A stretch of DNA of 64,000 nucleotides from Chrysomallon squamiferum (GCA_012295275.1 CM022665.1:8556001-8620000), one strand, 5' to 3'; positions 1 to 14,762 are shown, counted from the first letter of the stretch. The notes: generated by a model from the letters alone, not told the origin. Translations and numbers: made by a program.

Positions 1-355
1 AGTGAAAAAAAAAATTATGAATAAAAAATAAAGGAGTCATGTATCTATCTAAATCCTGGGGGATGTTTATCAATTTCCTGATTTAGAGAACAGTTGGTCT
101 TCAGAAAACTTAGATACTACTTCAACATTTACTCAACCGAACCATATTAAAGAATCATTTAAAATTATTCCCCTTCCAGCCATTTATAACCATCTGGTTC
201 ATGGAAAGTAGGCTGTAATACAGAAACTAATATCCCTGATGATATCACTTTTCTCAACATTGTTTACATGGAATGTAGTTCCCTGTGTATGATTTTACTG
301 TTCCAAACTGTGCATTCTATATAAACAATCGAATATTCTTGGAATATTATTTCAG

Positions 356-358
<3 letters not shown>

Positions 359-450
<92 letters not shown>
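359..450. repeat. (TC)n microsatellite
   Basis: Uninterrupted TC dinucleotide run; source of the spurious (RE)n ORF. Confidence 0.97.
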
Positions 451-453
<3 letters not shown>

Positions 454-1235
454 GAATTTATAGAACAAGTACTTTCAGCTTTATTCTCTAATGAGGTTTA
501 TGTTGATTTTTAAAATTATTAAAATAAATAGTGCATTTGCTGTACCTGACATTACTTATAATAAATTAAATACTAGATATGCATTTTCTATCATACAAGT
601 ATCACTTCTGGTTAAGTTTGTATTTAATATTCATAATTCTGGTGATCTAAAGTTACCTTTAAAAGGTATAAAACTACTCATTTAGGTGTCAGATGGTGGT
701 AAACATGCTAAAATAACTTACATGAAATATATTATATTCTAACGTAAACAGGCTTATGGCACTCTAAAACATTTTAAATATGCACAGAAAATGATTGAAT
801 TTCATTCATTTGGTTGTTTGTACTGAGACTGCACGTCACATTTAGTTTTCGGATGCGAGTCGCACTTGGAATCAGATCCTAGAAATTCTGACTCTGAAGT
901 TCTTTGACTTGATTTCACTGCACCACGGGGCCTTGTTACCACAGCTAATTAGCAAACCTTTTGTAAACCGCTAGGCGCTAGAATGCAGAAGCCATAATCA
1001 GCTAATTACAGCAGTCGACAGGAATCCGAAAACACGATTACACGACTGTACACACAGTGACTAGGAAATTACTGTTTTCCACACAACATGCTATTATTTT
1101 AATAAAAGAGGCGAGTTACTCCGGATGATGACACAACGCTGCTAGTTGGTATTCCTGTCGTTAAGTAACAGCAAGCAGTTAACTGTTTATACCATTTGTT
1201 TTTCACTCGATTTTTGTTTTAATTTATATTTATTT

Positions 1236-1388
<153 letters not shown>

Positions 1389-1734
1389 AAGAAAAATATA
1401 TATATATATATATTTTTTTTTTTGACATATGCGCATCCTGCTTAACATTCTATGATGATAAATCTGGTACTCTTCTTGTTTACGTATTTACTTTACTGAT
1501 GCCTACATATTCACAATGATTTAAAAATATATATATATATTTATGTTATTTGGAAGATTTTTAAGAAGACAAATCTGAACTTATATATTATAGTTAATGT
1601 TAGGAACATCTCCTGATGTTGAAATAATATTTGCATTAACAGAAATATTCGTATATGTTGTGATGACAGATGTTAGTTAATAGTAATGTAGTACTGTTTA
1701 TACAAATATGATTGCAGTATGTGATTACACACTA

Positions 1735-2140
1735 TAATAATGTTGGTGTTAACAGCAACATCTTGTGATAACAAATGTTGGATACATATTGTAATAATAT
1801 TTGTATTACCAGCAACATCTTGTGATAACAAATGTTGGATACATATTGTAATAATATTTGTATTAACAGCAACATCTTGTGATAACAAATGTTGGATACA
1901 TATTGTAATAATATTTGTATTACCAACAACATCTTGTGATAACAAATGTTGGATACATATTGTAATAATATTTGTATTAACAGCAACATCTTGTGATAAC
2001 AAATGTTGGATACATATTGTAATAATATTTGTATTACCAGCAACACTTGTGCAACAAATGTTGGATACATATTGTAATAATATTTGTATTAACAGCAACA
2101 TCTTGTGATAACAAATGTTGATACATAGTAATAATATTTG
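1735..2140. repeat. 57-bp minisatellite, ~7 copies, with degenerate copies flanking (~1600-2400)
   Basis: Unit CAGCAACATCTTGTGATAACAAATGTTGGATACATATTGTAATAATATTTGTATTA(A/C) recurs at 1753, 1810, 1867, 1924, 1981 and 2038; gives 19-aa periodic ORFs in several frames. Confidence 0.95.
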
Positions 2141-4802
2141 TATTGTAGTATCTTTGATATTTTACAACAATATTTTATTAAAACATCTTGTAATAACCAG
2201 TGAAGTAATATTGTTGTAGTATTTATATTTACAACAATATTTTGTAAAACCAAATGATAAAGTAATATTTGTATTAACATCATTATTTTGTAATAACCAA
2301 TTTTGAAGTAATATTATAGTAATATTTGAATTAGCAGCAGTGTTTTATGTTAACAACGTTCAAAACATACTGCCGTAGTATATTATAGTAATGTTTTGTG
2401 ATCATATATGCTTGAAAGATGCTTTTAAATTTATCATTTAACAGGAAATGAGAAGAAAAGAAAACTTTTCTTTTTTTAGTGTAAATTTCATCAAACAATA
2501 GCCAGTTCATTGCATACGTCTTTTTTTTTAGATTTTTTAATTTTTAAAATGGATTTACTGGGACTGATAAATAGATGAACTATTTTAAGACAATTAGAAA
2601 ATGTATGAATACATGAAATATTATAGCATTTTCTTGAACCTTTCTAAAGCAGTATTTAATTGTAAAAATTAACAATAATTACATAAAATCCAAATTTTAT
2701 TTCAGTTAAAATTTAAAATCAATGACTCAATGACTAAAAATTATAATAAAACAAAAGGAATATAAAATATATTTAAGAAGATAAAAAGGTTATAATTACT
2801 TCGAGATTTGTTCATTATGATTAACCTTGTATTATAAATCAGAATATATTATACTTATTAAATGTATGTAAATAACATCAATAATTTTGTAGCGAAATTT
2901 CAAAAACTTAAAATATCTGTTTATATTTTTTGCACCCTTTGTTTCATGGAAATTTATTTATTTATTTATTAACTAAAATACATATTTTCAAGTGGATATT
3001 ACGGCTGCTTATTAATAATGAAATCTGACACGCAAAACATAACAGCTGATTTAAACCGTGAGTTTTTGTTTTTTTGTTTTTGTTTAAATCACAACTTCCT
3101 AATAGATTATTTTTTAGCGAAACAAGATTTTATGTTTATTTATTTTTTATTTTTTTTGTTCAGATTTGTATGTTACAGATATTTTAACTTGGTAATCAAC
3201 GGATAAAGTATTTTTAAACATATATCATTTATTTACACAATAATTTACAAAATAAATTAGATTTGATCATTATTATATTAGAAATTTAAAAAGTGTTTAA
3301 ACCAAATCAAAGACTGGTCTCAGTATTACTTTCTAATATTAACAGTCATAGAATTAAAATATAAAATAAATAATTTAAATACTTTTAATTTTAAAAAATC
3401 AGACCGAGTTTAATTATAAAGTATATATACGAACGATACTATTTTACATAACAATGTATTCACCAATATTTTGAAAATGACACCTTTCATACACAAAAAC
3501 CAGACAGCTTAAAAAGCGTATTCATAAAAGGAAAGTCAAAGATTTGTACTGAACTGTTATTTCTATTATAAAGTTCAGCTGATAGTATTGTTTCACACTA
3601 ACACTATATCTTTACCCTCATTTTATGACTTGTTTACTAGAACTGTTTATAAAAAAATGTTTTGAGCTTCAGCTCTGAAAGCTATTTTATTCCGAACTGT
3701 TAGAACCAGAGCATCTTAAACATTTTGATTAATACTGATATTTGGCAATTGTGCTAAATCGGTGAATTCCCAATCTTGATCAGTACTTTTTTAAACTCTC
3801 CTTTCTGCCAATGGGTAGTTCCAAAGCCTTTGTTTATTATACAACCAGACACGTTTGTGTTTTTACTATGAATCATCCGCGTCATTACAACTCGTAAAAT
3901 ATCCAACACCTAACTTAATGCAGGACTGCATCCCAAGCCTCCTACCTCACACATACTGAATGACGTCATTACGTTGAGGCTGGAAATGTAACAACTTTAT
4001 CTAAAAGAGTGTAACAGCGCTGTTCTGTGGAGTTTCTCACTGAGGTATCTTATTGAGGGCGTATCCGGTTGCCCACAGTAGTGTGTAATCTGCAGCCACC
4101 TGTCAGTTTTTGTGACAAGATGAAGTCACTTGTTGTAGGTGAGTTGGAGATGATGAAACGCGGCCCTACAAACCTTCACACAAACAGAATGTATTGTGAG
4201 TGACGTAATCACACAAATACGCTGATTAGGTTGATAATTTAATTTTAAGATGAAGTAACGTTACTGATCAAGCTTTCACAATGTTGAATATTGGAAACTG
4301 AATACGTCATAAATCTGCGTTGTTTAAAGCTTTATTTATTTATTTATTTATTATTATTATTATTATTTTGTTTGTTCGTTTTTCATTTTTCATTTGTTTT
4401 CTTAAATAATAAATAAATAAATAAATAAATAAACAAATATCTAGTTCAGGCTGAAATAATTTAGTCGATTAATCCTTGATGATAGTTCTTGAATAGATGC
4501 TTACTGACTTTTATCAATTTTAACTTTCATTAATTTTAAATTTAATGAATTTTAAATTTACAGTACACATTTAACTGTTTTAGTTATATACAGACCTACC
4601 AAAATCGTTCAGCCAAAGAACTGTTTCTAAATATTTAACAAAGAAACTAAGAGAAACATAACCGCATGTAGACAGACATTGAAAAATATAGTTTATTGCA
4701 ATCTCATCCTTAGGCATGCAACATTAGAATACAATTGTTCCTTTTAAGCATGACAGAATATCATAAACACTCTTTTTTCTTTTTTTTTTTTTTTTTTTTC
4801 TT

Positions 4803-4864
<62 letters not shown>

Positions 4865-5591
4865 TCTATCTGGTACTGACGCACAAACCGATTACGAAGA
4901 ATAATAATAATTATATATAATTTTTAATTTTTTTGATTTTTTTTTTTTTTTTTTTTTTTTCTTTCGGTAACGGGTTTTCATTTTGGACTGTCACTGTGTA
5001 ATAGTATCCTCTCATTCCAAAAACACCTTGGCGACATAATTTATTTAGTTTCATCTTTCTAAAGATCTTTGTGTTTCAAGCAGTCGAGATTAAAAAGTAA
5101 TAGCAATAATAAATAAAAACGGTAAAGGGAAAATAAACGGATTAATATTTACTAACTTCTCTCGGATTACATGATATGCAGTTGAGTAGAATGAAAAAAG
5201 AACAAACTGTCAATTGAATTCTGTGTATAGAATAATGTCGTTGCATTTTTTGACACGCATTAATGATTGGGGAAGAAATAAAACATGACACCGTTTAAAT
5301 AATAAATAAAGACTTCGGGTGTCTCTTTTAAGCAGAGGTCTCTAATATAGTTCAATTGGTTTATACTTCGTTAGATATTCTGTAATGGTATACTGTCGAT
5401 GTCAGATTTCACTGACTAAATATGATCGTTGAGCGAGCACCAAAGGCATGTTCTTTTCACCTTTGTCGTTAGTCAATAGGGGAAACCAGTGCATCCTGCT
5501 GGCTTTGACGGGCGCGTGCATTTTAATCAAACAACGACATTATGGCAAACATATGTCACTTGAAGCTAAATTTGTGCATAACAATAATTCC

Positions 5592-5632
<41 letters not shown>

Positions 5633-6375
5633 CTGACGAACATTTCACTGAAATGAAATTAAAAGTGAATTCAGGAAACAGGAAAAAGCCAACTAAATTA
5701 CAAATGGTTTTCCAATTTAGATCACGTGACCCAGAAAAACAAATCTCTTTATTTTTAAGTGCTTTAAATATTGTTTTATTAGTATACTAAATTTAGAGAC
5801 TAAAAGCGTGATATCTAATATATAATTGACAATCACATATTAAGAGAAGGATGTCCTGGATAGTTTGTTAATATAGTTATTCATGAACGATCTGGTTCTT
5901 TTTGAAAAACTAAAGTTATATCATTCTGTTTTGTATTTTAGTATCTTAACTTCCGGATGACACAGATTATTTCATGCGTATATTAATTACCCATTAATAA
6001 ATTATCAGATTCATAACAAATCTTGGTGATTTACAACTATTTTTGATGAAATGCGCGAATGAGATATGATTTTTAACAGAATGTGGATGTTATTTTCCCA
6101 TCTCTGCATTTATTAGTGATATTATTTTTTATTATTATAATTTCCATCGCATGTTACTATTTGATTTGATTTTTGACGAGAACATGATATTAAAAAATCA
6201 GAAGCGGATTACTCTTAAATGAAAAAGGTAAATTTCCCAGGAGAAATGTGTAGCCTCAGATTTTTTCAGTCTAAATAACAATTCAGACGACTGGTGGGAA
6301 AATGAATCTACTTTAACTCATTAAAAATGCATGGACTTGCTAATGTTTTATTTTATATTTAACACTTAAATAACG

Positions 6376-6378
<3 letters not shown>

Positions 6379-6444
<66 letters not shown>
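6379..6444. repeat. (TC)n microsatellite
   Basis: Pure TC run. Confidence 0.96.
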
Positions 6445-6447
<3 letters not shown>

Positions 6448-8048
6448 ACACATAATATATATATAATAAAATACCGAAATAGGGTAAAAAAAACAAAGCA
6501 AAACAAAAATTACTACTACTACTACTAATTATAATAACTGTAATAATAAAATAAACAGCTTTCCAACGTTGCGTTTATTTTAACAAGGTTCTTAGGTAGA
6601 TATTAAATATGTTACCTTTTTTTTTAATCATTTATTTTTCATATAGTGGTTATTGTTTATATAAGAATTATTCTTTAATCATTATTTTTAATATTTTTTA
6701 AATATTATTGTTATATCGTTATAATTATTATATCAAGGTTATTGTTGTTGTTATATATTTATATACTTATTTATTTTATTAATCTAGTTACCATTGTCCT
6801 TTATATTACAGGTAACTGCAGTAGTCGCAAAAATCTTAATTTATAATACTATAAACAGATATCGTGCAATGTAACGGTGACTTTTGAAAATCAATGGACG
6901 GCTCTCACTTTTAACCTTGTTTACAGAAAAAAAGGATCTGTCTCAAATTATTATTTCCTTCATAATCCTCTTTAGGTTATCCACGCTCACAAGGGGCACA
7001 GTTTTCCGTGGGGATACAAAAATGTCCAAATAATCTTTTAAAGGCTTATTTAGAGTCATAAATTATTCAGCTACAAAACAACACGTTCTAATATTAAAAC
7101 CATTTCTATTATGATGAGAATACTCTCCACGGGATGCTTCTGTTTCTTCATAATCGTAATTGCAGGTGCACGAATAATGGGAAAGATAATCTGAAATGTT
7201 AATAGCTTATTCGTTTTCTTTTTTTTTTACCTTTTACAGCGTCTCATGTTTAAATACGCTGGGAGAAAAAATAAACGTCTCTTGTGAATTCGGATAGCAG
7301 TGGTCACAATACGTTAAAGATTTTGTCAATTCGTATTAGCAAAAAAAAAAAAAAAAAAAAAAAAAAGAAAAAAAGAGAGAGACAAACTCCTGTTGCATTC
7401 CTGAACCGATTTACTTCTCAAAAAAAGAAAAAAAAAAAAAAAGAAAGACCAGTCAGTGCTTTCCGACTGGTTTATCAGTGACCGCGATATACCTTTTCGT
7501 GTCTGTATGAAGTTACATGAAATATCCGTTCATCAACAGTTCTAAAAATTATATTATACAAAACGTCCTAATATTTTTTTTATTGTAGAATATTTTTTTT
7601 TTTAGAATACATTTATATTGTTAGTTTATATTCAAAGGCTTCTTAAACTGGACTGTTTGCCGTTCCAGTATTCAGCGATTTATTAGAGGTTGCAGTATGT
7701 ATGTATTTCTCTTAACGTGGATAATATTAAAAACTAGTTGCGACTGACCGATGCAATAACGGCACCGAATTTTCTCTTCTATTATACAAATATCGTCTGT
7801 TTGACATCTAATAAAATTTAATAATCAAATGTATTCAGGTGTTATTAAGTAAATATTATTTATTAATTCTTTCTACTACTTTGCTGTTGTCTTTTCTTCC
7901 TCAATCATTACTACTGCTGTTACTCATAATGCTGCTACTGCCAGCAGAGCTGAGGCGGCTTCTGTTAACACTATTACTCTTACTGCTGCTGCTGCTACTA
8001 CAGTAATAATAAATAATAATAATAATAATAATAATAATAATTAATTAC

Positions 8049-8085
<37 letters not shown>

Positions 8086-9530
8086 GCAACAACTTAAACA
8101 ATAACAATAATAATAACAGTAATAGTAATAATAATAATAACAACAACAATGACAATTATTATTATTCTTGTTGTAGTTGTTGTTGTTGTTATTATTATTA
8201 TTAATCATTACATATCAGAAACGATATTTAAAAAAAATAAGACGGTAACACGACTAAGTTTCAGTTTATACGTAAAATTGTCAACAACAAAGAAAGAAAA
8301 AAAAAAAAAAAAAAGAACGCGAGGAAAGGGGACGAGAATTCGAAACAGCGAACAAAAGACTTTTCAGATTTTCGCCTGTTGTGATGAAGAGATCATGCTT
8401 ACAGCAAAGAAAAGAAGAAACAAGATCAGTGTTTGCACATGAAAACTTATCTTCGTTCAAGGATAGTTAGTAACGCATCTCTTATGACAAGTCAATAGAA
8501 AAACTGCTCGATTCATCAAATCCAAAAAGCGTAAATATTGATATACCGGCATTTGATTATTCAGACAGATTTTTAGTTTTTGAAATATGCTTTTTGTGTA
8601 CATTGTTTGTTCAGGCTTTTGAAACCGTGTATAAATCGAGATGCGAGTATAATAATAATAATATTCTTTTGAAAAAAAAAAAAAAAAAAAAAAAAAATGA
8701 AAATAAAAATAAATAAATAAAATAAAATAAAAAGTAGTAAGAAACAGAAATGAAATAAATAAATATTTTATAGTTTATCTTTATATATATTTATATATTT
8801 ATTTATTTTATTACGTTTCTGTCATTAAATAATTATGTATGTATTGTGTGTTAGACAACACGGGGTAAAATACATTTCGTACGTTTATGCGCACGAACGT
8901 AATTATATTAGCTCTAGTAGCGGTAGTAATAACAACAATAATAAAATGTCCAAAATTTGTTTTCTCTTAAAATCGGTCATCTAGGAATAAAAAATCATGA
9001 AAAGCTTAATTTTATAGGAGAAAAGTCCATTTAGCAAAGACGTGAAGTAGTGATTAATATTATGACCAAACAAAGAAACAGATTTGAGTGAAACAGCAGG
9101 AACGAAGAGAACCATCCGTTGCTCAAGCCATGTAGTCGAAGTGATGGCGATCCAGCGCCGTATTGTCGTCACGCTCTTTTAGGACGTTGTCGCCGATGTG
9201 AATAGAGAAACATTGTTCTTGTAACAGCCTTTTGTTAGATTATTCAACCAAAACCACAAGAGGACAATTTATTCCCTATAATATCAGGTCCAGCTGCAGT
9301 TTTAGTTTTGGTCATGGCCCTCTGCTCTTAAGGAATGGATTTGGAAAAGTCACCTTCGGCTTGCCCCCATCCGCCGATTCAATCAATGTTCACGAGTGCG
9401 CATCCATCTTCAATACTCGTAAAGCTTCTCCATTTTTGACTATTGAAAATTATTTCGTTGTCGGAAATTATATGTGCGGTTTGCCCGTGGGCTGTCTAGA
9501 GATTTATTGTTCGCCAATATTTCATGTATA

Positions 9531-9544
9531 TCGCTAGGTGGCCG
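9531..9544 (+). promoter_or_regulatory. Candidate CTCF site
   Basis: TCGCTAGGTGGCCG compared by eye with core consensus CCRCYAGRKGGCR; lies in a GC-richer intronic island. Confidence 0.35.
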
Positions 9545-10020
9545 TCATACACGGGGTAGGCGACAGAGTGGAAAATTTTCGTATAATTTCTGGCGTTTGA
9601 AATGACAGTAGTTAATGACTGTACTGGGTCTCAGCGGGGCTTTCCCTAGTCGAGTGTTCTCTCTTGTCGGGCTCTACGCATTTTCGGCTTTTCGGGAAGT
9701 GGGGAGCCTTCACAACCCAGTGAATATAATTAATAACTCGTGCTTTTTCGCTTGGCTGTTTTTTTTATTTTTTTATTATTCAGTCGAGATTGTTATAGAA
9801 GAAGAATTGTGCATTAGCAAAGACCAGCGTGAGCCGACAGACAAATTCTTTGCCCGTCACGTTCTGTAAAAGCCAGCAGACATATACCGTATCTCAATGA
9901 GGAACAGGTATTTCAGATAGATAGCTTCTTGTTCCAAAGTGATGGAGAAGACATCGCGCAAAAGAAATCCCCGCTGGGTGAAAAGAACCAAAGGTGCGGC
10001 TGTCTTTATCTAGAGTGGTA

Positions 10021-10320
10021 TAAAGCCCACTGGATATTTAAACCGGGCCTTTTTCCCTAGAGCAGCATAAGGCCCATTAGCTACCTAGACCAGGCCTTTT
10101 TATATTTAAAGGGATGTAAGGCTCAGTAACCATATAAATTAAGCCATGTTTAAAGAACGTTATATAAAGCCCATTGCCTTTCTAAACCAGGCCTTTCTTC
10201 CAATAAAATGATTCAAGGCTCCTTAGCTGACTAAACCGGGCCCTTTTTCCATAACGTCAGGTCAGTAAGCTATCTAAATCAGAGTTCTTTTCTATGGAAT
10301 GGCATAAGGGCCACTATCTT
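10021..10320. repeat. Degenerate ~47-49-bp tandem repeat, 6-7 copies
   Basis: TAA(A/G)GC(C/T)C..TAAACC(A/G)GGCCTTTTT motif at ~10021, 10068, 10117, 10165, 10214, 10258 and 10305. Confidence 0.8.
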
Positions 10321-11139
10321 TCCTGAAAAAGATTTAATGAAGGCACATCTGCCCCCAAAATATAATAAAATATCAAACATTATTTATAAACATATATGAA
10401 ATAATGAGATAACATAATTTACCAGAAAATAATTTTGGAACATTTTATTTGTTAAGACCTCCACAGTTTCGACCATATTTGTTCAAACGTTGAAAAAACC
10501 CACAAATGTTTCACAGTGTGAAAATCACTATATCAAACAAAACTAGTTCAACAGGTCGTGTTTGCAAACAATTACTTGATACGACATCAAACCAAACAAA
10601 ACACTGACACCAAATATAATTGGTTTAGTTAGCGATATAATGATGACGACGCTACAGTTATCCCTGCTGCGGATTAAACTGTTTAAGTTCGCGCCGTGGT
10701 TGTCTAATGGATGAAATCTGCAACCTCTTTTTTTTCTCTATCTAATTAACATATTTCAACAAAACAGACATGGTTAAACCTGTCAATACAAAGCCAGATA
10801 ATAAATCAGTTTTCATGTCAGTCACGTGTTCATCCAGAAAAAACGTAATTCTTCTGTGTAATGTAAAATTAATAGTCATTTTCAAAACATTCTGTTCTGT
10901 GCTCCTCTTTGTACGATCGCGTCGTTGTTATAAAACATCCCAAAAATGTTTTAATCATAATTAATTTTTTTTTAATGCATCATTATCGTTATTATTGTTT
11001 ACATATTTATTAATTTGCCCACTTACTTATTTATTATTATTATTAATATTAATATAACTGTTATTAATATTGTTGTTAATATTATTAATCCTGATAACTT
11101 TATTATTATTATTATCATTTTTATTATTATTACTATAAT

Positions 11140-11173
<34 letters not shown>

Positions 11174-12588
11174 GCTTTTACTGCTACTACACTTTTTAAA
11201 TAAGAAGTTTCGATAATCTGTTTTCATACTTGAACAATGAATCAACAATAATTTAAAGTGTATATTTTAATAAATAATTTGCTGTTTTCAGATTTATTTA
11301 TTTATTCAGACCATACTTTATGTATATTTATTAGGGGTACAGTTATAAACTTTTCAACTGTTGACCGCGATTTTGAAATTAGCTGCAATAATATCTTAAA
11401 CGATTTCGTGTAAGAAAATACAAATTAATATGACTGGTAAATACTACTAAACTTTTAATTATTTTATATAAATATTTAATGGTATATGAAGCAGATTTAC
11501 TTCATATAACTTAATAGTTTATTTATTTAGTTAGTAAGTTAATTAGTTAATTAGTTAGTTGTATGTACAAATCATTACTTCGAAGTTTGTTTATTTATTT
11601 ATTTATTTGGTTTTTGCTTGTTTGTCTCAGTTTTAAAAATTTATAACCAAAATATTTAGTGAATTCTACTGAAACATCAAAAACAGAATTTCCCTTTATT
11701 TACAGTTCATATTTCAAGAAATTACAGAACATCTATATTATTAATTAAAGATATTTATATTGATCAAACATTTGAAACACTTATGTGAATTCCTTATTGT
11801 ATTAAATTATATACTGACAGAAAAGTCTCAAAATGTATGTAAGTAGACTTTGTATTTATATATATTTATTTATTTTTTGTCTTTTTTTTTAAATATTTTA
11901 ATAATAATTCTTAAAAAATAAAATGAGTTTTCAAAATATTAAACTACTGATGACGATAACGACGACGACGACGATGATGATAATATTAATAATATTATTA
12001 TCATCATCATCATTATTATATTTTAATAACAGAATGATACATAAATTTCAGTTTTTAAGTTTATTTATTTATTTTATATTTTTACAGAGCGCTGGGAAAA
12101 AAATGCAAATACAATGTTATTATGGAAATTAAATTTATTTATGTATAACTTCATATGAAATTGTCTCGATATTGTTTTTCAAGAATATTTATTTTGCATT
12201 TTATTACATAATTATTAGAAACCTATATTAATAAGAACTATTGAGACAATCCCTTGAATGATATGAATATACGTATACATACGCGCGCAATTATAATATA
12301 TATATATATATATTGTGTGAAAGTTTAATAAAGCATGTGTCCCTCTACCTGACAGTATTTTTATCTATTAAATCTGTAAACAAAAGTAATGACTTTTTAT
12401 ATGATACATTTCACAGCATACAGATATTCATTACCACTTGTATCAAATCACAGTGAAAAGATTAATGAATTGGTAACGCGTTTTCACAGTGAGAGTTACG
12501 TATACGATTAATTACTGTCATAATTATAGGTAACGAAATAATGAAGAAATAAAATACTCATGCGTTTTGGGTTTCTGTGTGTGCATGT

Positions 12589-12625
<37 letters not shown>

Positions 12626-13577
12626 GGTGTGTAAGATGAAGATACATAACACTTTGTTATTCTGATTTTAACAATGTTAAACTAACAATTTCAAAGCAAC
12701 TTTAACGAACGTTCAATGGACTATATCTTATATACGTAAAAACTGCTGTTAATTAAAATTAGAGCAAATAAATTGTTTTAAACTGGAATTAAAATTATAA
12801 AAAATTATTTTTAAATGAATTAATGAAAAATAATAATAACAATTAATAAAATAAAATAAAATATAATTTAAAAAAAAAAAATAATAAATTAATAAATATA
12901 AATATTTTAAATTATTAATTTCTTTAAAATATGAGTAATCCGCAGTCATTTAATGCCATTTTATTATTTGAAAAAATATTTGTTTATCAACACATTATAG
13001 AGTTATCAGATGTCAAACATAAGATTTTTGTATAGTTTTTGCAATAAGAGAAAACAATTTATATCGATTAATACAAAATATCTTTATATAAAAATTTCCA
13101 AACAAAAAAGCACTCACAGCTTGTAAAGCTATAGTGAGAATACAACGGGTCTACCGTCCATCTATTTTGCTTCAGGCCAGCGCTGAAATCGTCCATATTT
13201 TATTAATTCTATATTAGAGATATCAGAAATTCCAGCAGTACTATGAAAACAACCTGTTATTGTTTTGTATTCCTGATGCCATTTTGTTATAAACCCACGC
13301 TGAATCACATGAATTATAATATGCCGAGATTTCCTCATCCTGACTAAAAAATATATATATATATATTAAGAGGAAAATAAATACACAATAATTATTTTAG
13401 CGAAATGAATTAAATTTGAAAACTTTAAAAAAAATTCTAAATGTTTTAAAGTTTTCAGACATATGCAGTCTCTAATCTCCATCACAGCTCGGTAAGCTAC
13501 ATTATCTGTACAAAAGTTAATATTTAAACTTAAATTTGCTGGGCGTGATTTTGTTGAAAGAAAAGTAATCTGATTTC

Positions 13578-14142
13578 CACTTGCCTGTCATTCTTGTCTT
13601 GTTTTATTTCTCCGCCTTCTCGTCTTTTAGAGTTATATCTCATTGTCTACAGCAACATCTGGGGGTCATTAATGCAGTCCCTGCTCACTTAGTTTGATAA
13701 AGGAGGGCACGAAGGGGACACGGAGAGGCCAGTGTTGGAGTGAACGAGCGCGACAGGGTCAGTTATTTCAAGTGGACACAATTCTTTCTGAATACTTTCA
13801 TAAGTGTGATTTACATAACCAGAAATAATAACTGCAGGTACCTACCTATTTTAATGTAAATATTAAAACGTACCTCTGGTTTTACAACACTTGGGCAGCA
13901 AGGAATCCCAAGATAATAAGATTATTTAAAGAAAAGAAAAAGAAATACTCTGGTCTTATCCACAAATGTTATCAGTGTTTTTCTTGTCTCAGGCGCCGGG
14001 CGGAACCGTATACAAGTGGAGTACTTGTGATTCGGTTGTTCCGAGAATAATCGCGCCAACAAATTAGAGCCGATTATTTAATTATAATGCCCCGGTGGAC
14101 AGGCACTTAAAATGCCTAATGAACTGACCAGGTCTAATGAAC
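13578..14142. promoter_or_regulatory. Candidate intronic enhancer with clustered NK2/Tinman-type (YAAGTG) sites
   Basis: Seven YAAGTG/CACTTR cores at 13578, 13686, 13769, 13801, 13888, 14013 and 14104, including perfect TCAAGTG and CACTTAA; duplicated CTAATGAAC homeobox-type motif; non-coding, GC-richer island. Confidence 0.5.
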
Positions 14143-14566
14143 ACAGCACTGGCCGGATGCGAACTCTTATGTTTCGAAGATACGTTCCTATCAGCTTCCT
14201 TGTGAGTTTCTTCGCCATTTTTCATCCTTATCAAGCAATGTGGTGTTTGTTATGTCAGTTTTTTGGAAGATAAATGTGTCTGAAATCTAGAAACAATGTG
14301 TATTGTTTTCTTACTTCTTCGTTCTGAACTGCATGAAATGTTATTTACAGTATTTCTCTCTCTGGGTTTTAATTTTTAAAACGTTTATTTATATTAATTG
14401 TCATCTATGTGTGAGGTTAATGAAATGCGGATTTTCGGATTTGTTTCAGTCCGTTTCATTTTATATGTAAATCTCTTTCTACGTGAAAAATTACTATTTA
14501 TGTTTTTTGGTTCATTTTATTTTGTTTAATTTATTATTTACTTAGTTACTTACTTGGGATAACACT

Positions 14567-14593
14567 ATAATAATAATAATAATAATAATAACA

Positions 14594-14640
<47 letters not shown>

Positions 14641-14718
14641 TAATAATAATAATAATAATAATTATTATTATTATTGTTATTATTGTTGTTATTATTATTG
14701 TTATTATTGTTATTATTA

Positions 14719-14762
<44 letters not shown>
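14567..14762. repeat. Head-to-head (AAT)n/(ATT)n compound microsatellite
   Basis: AAT run (with AAC variants) switches at ~14660 to its reverse complement ATT (with GTT variants). Confidence 0.92.

Noticed and set aside
1673-2108. 112-142 aa periodic ORFs on both strands
   Set aside because: By-product of a 57-bp (multiple of 3) minisatellite; open in several frames with no splice or domain support
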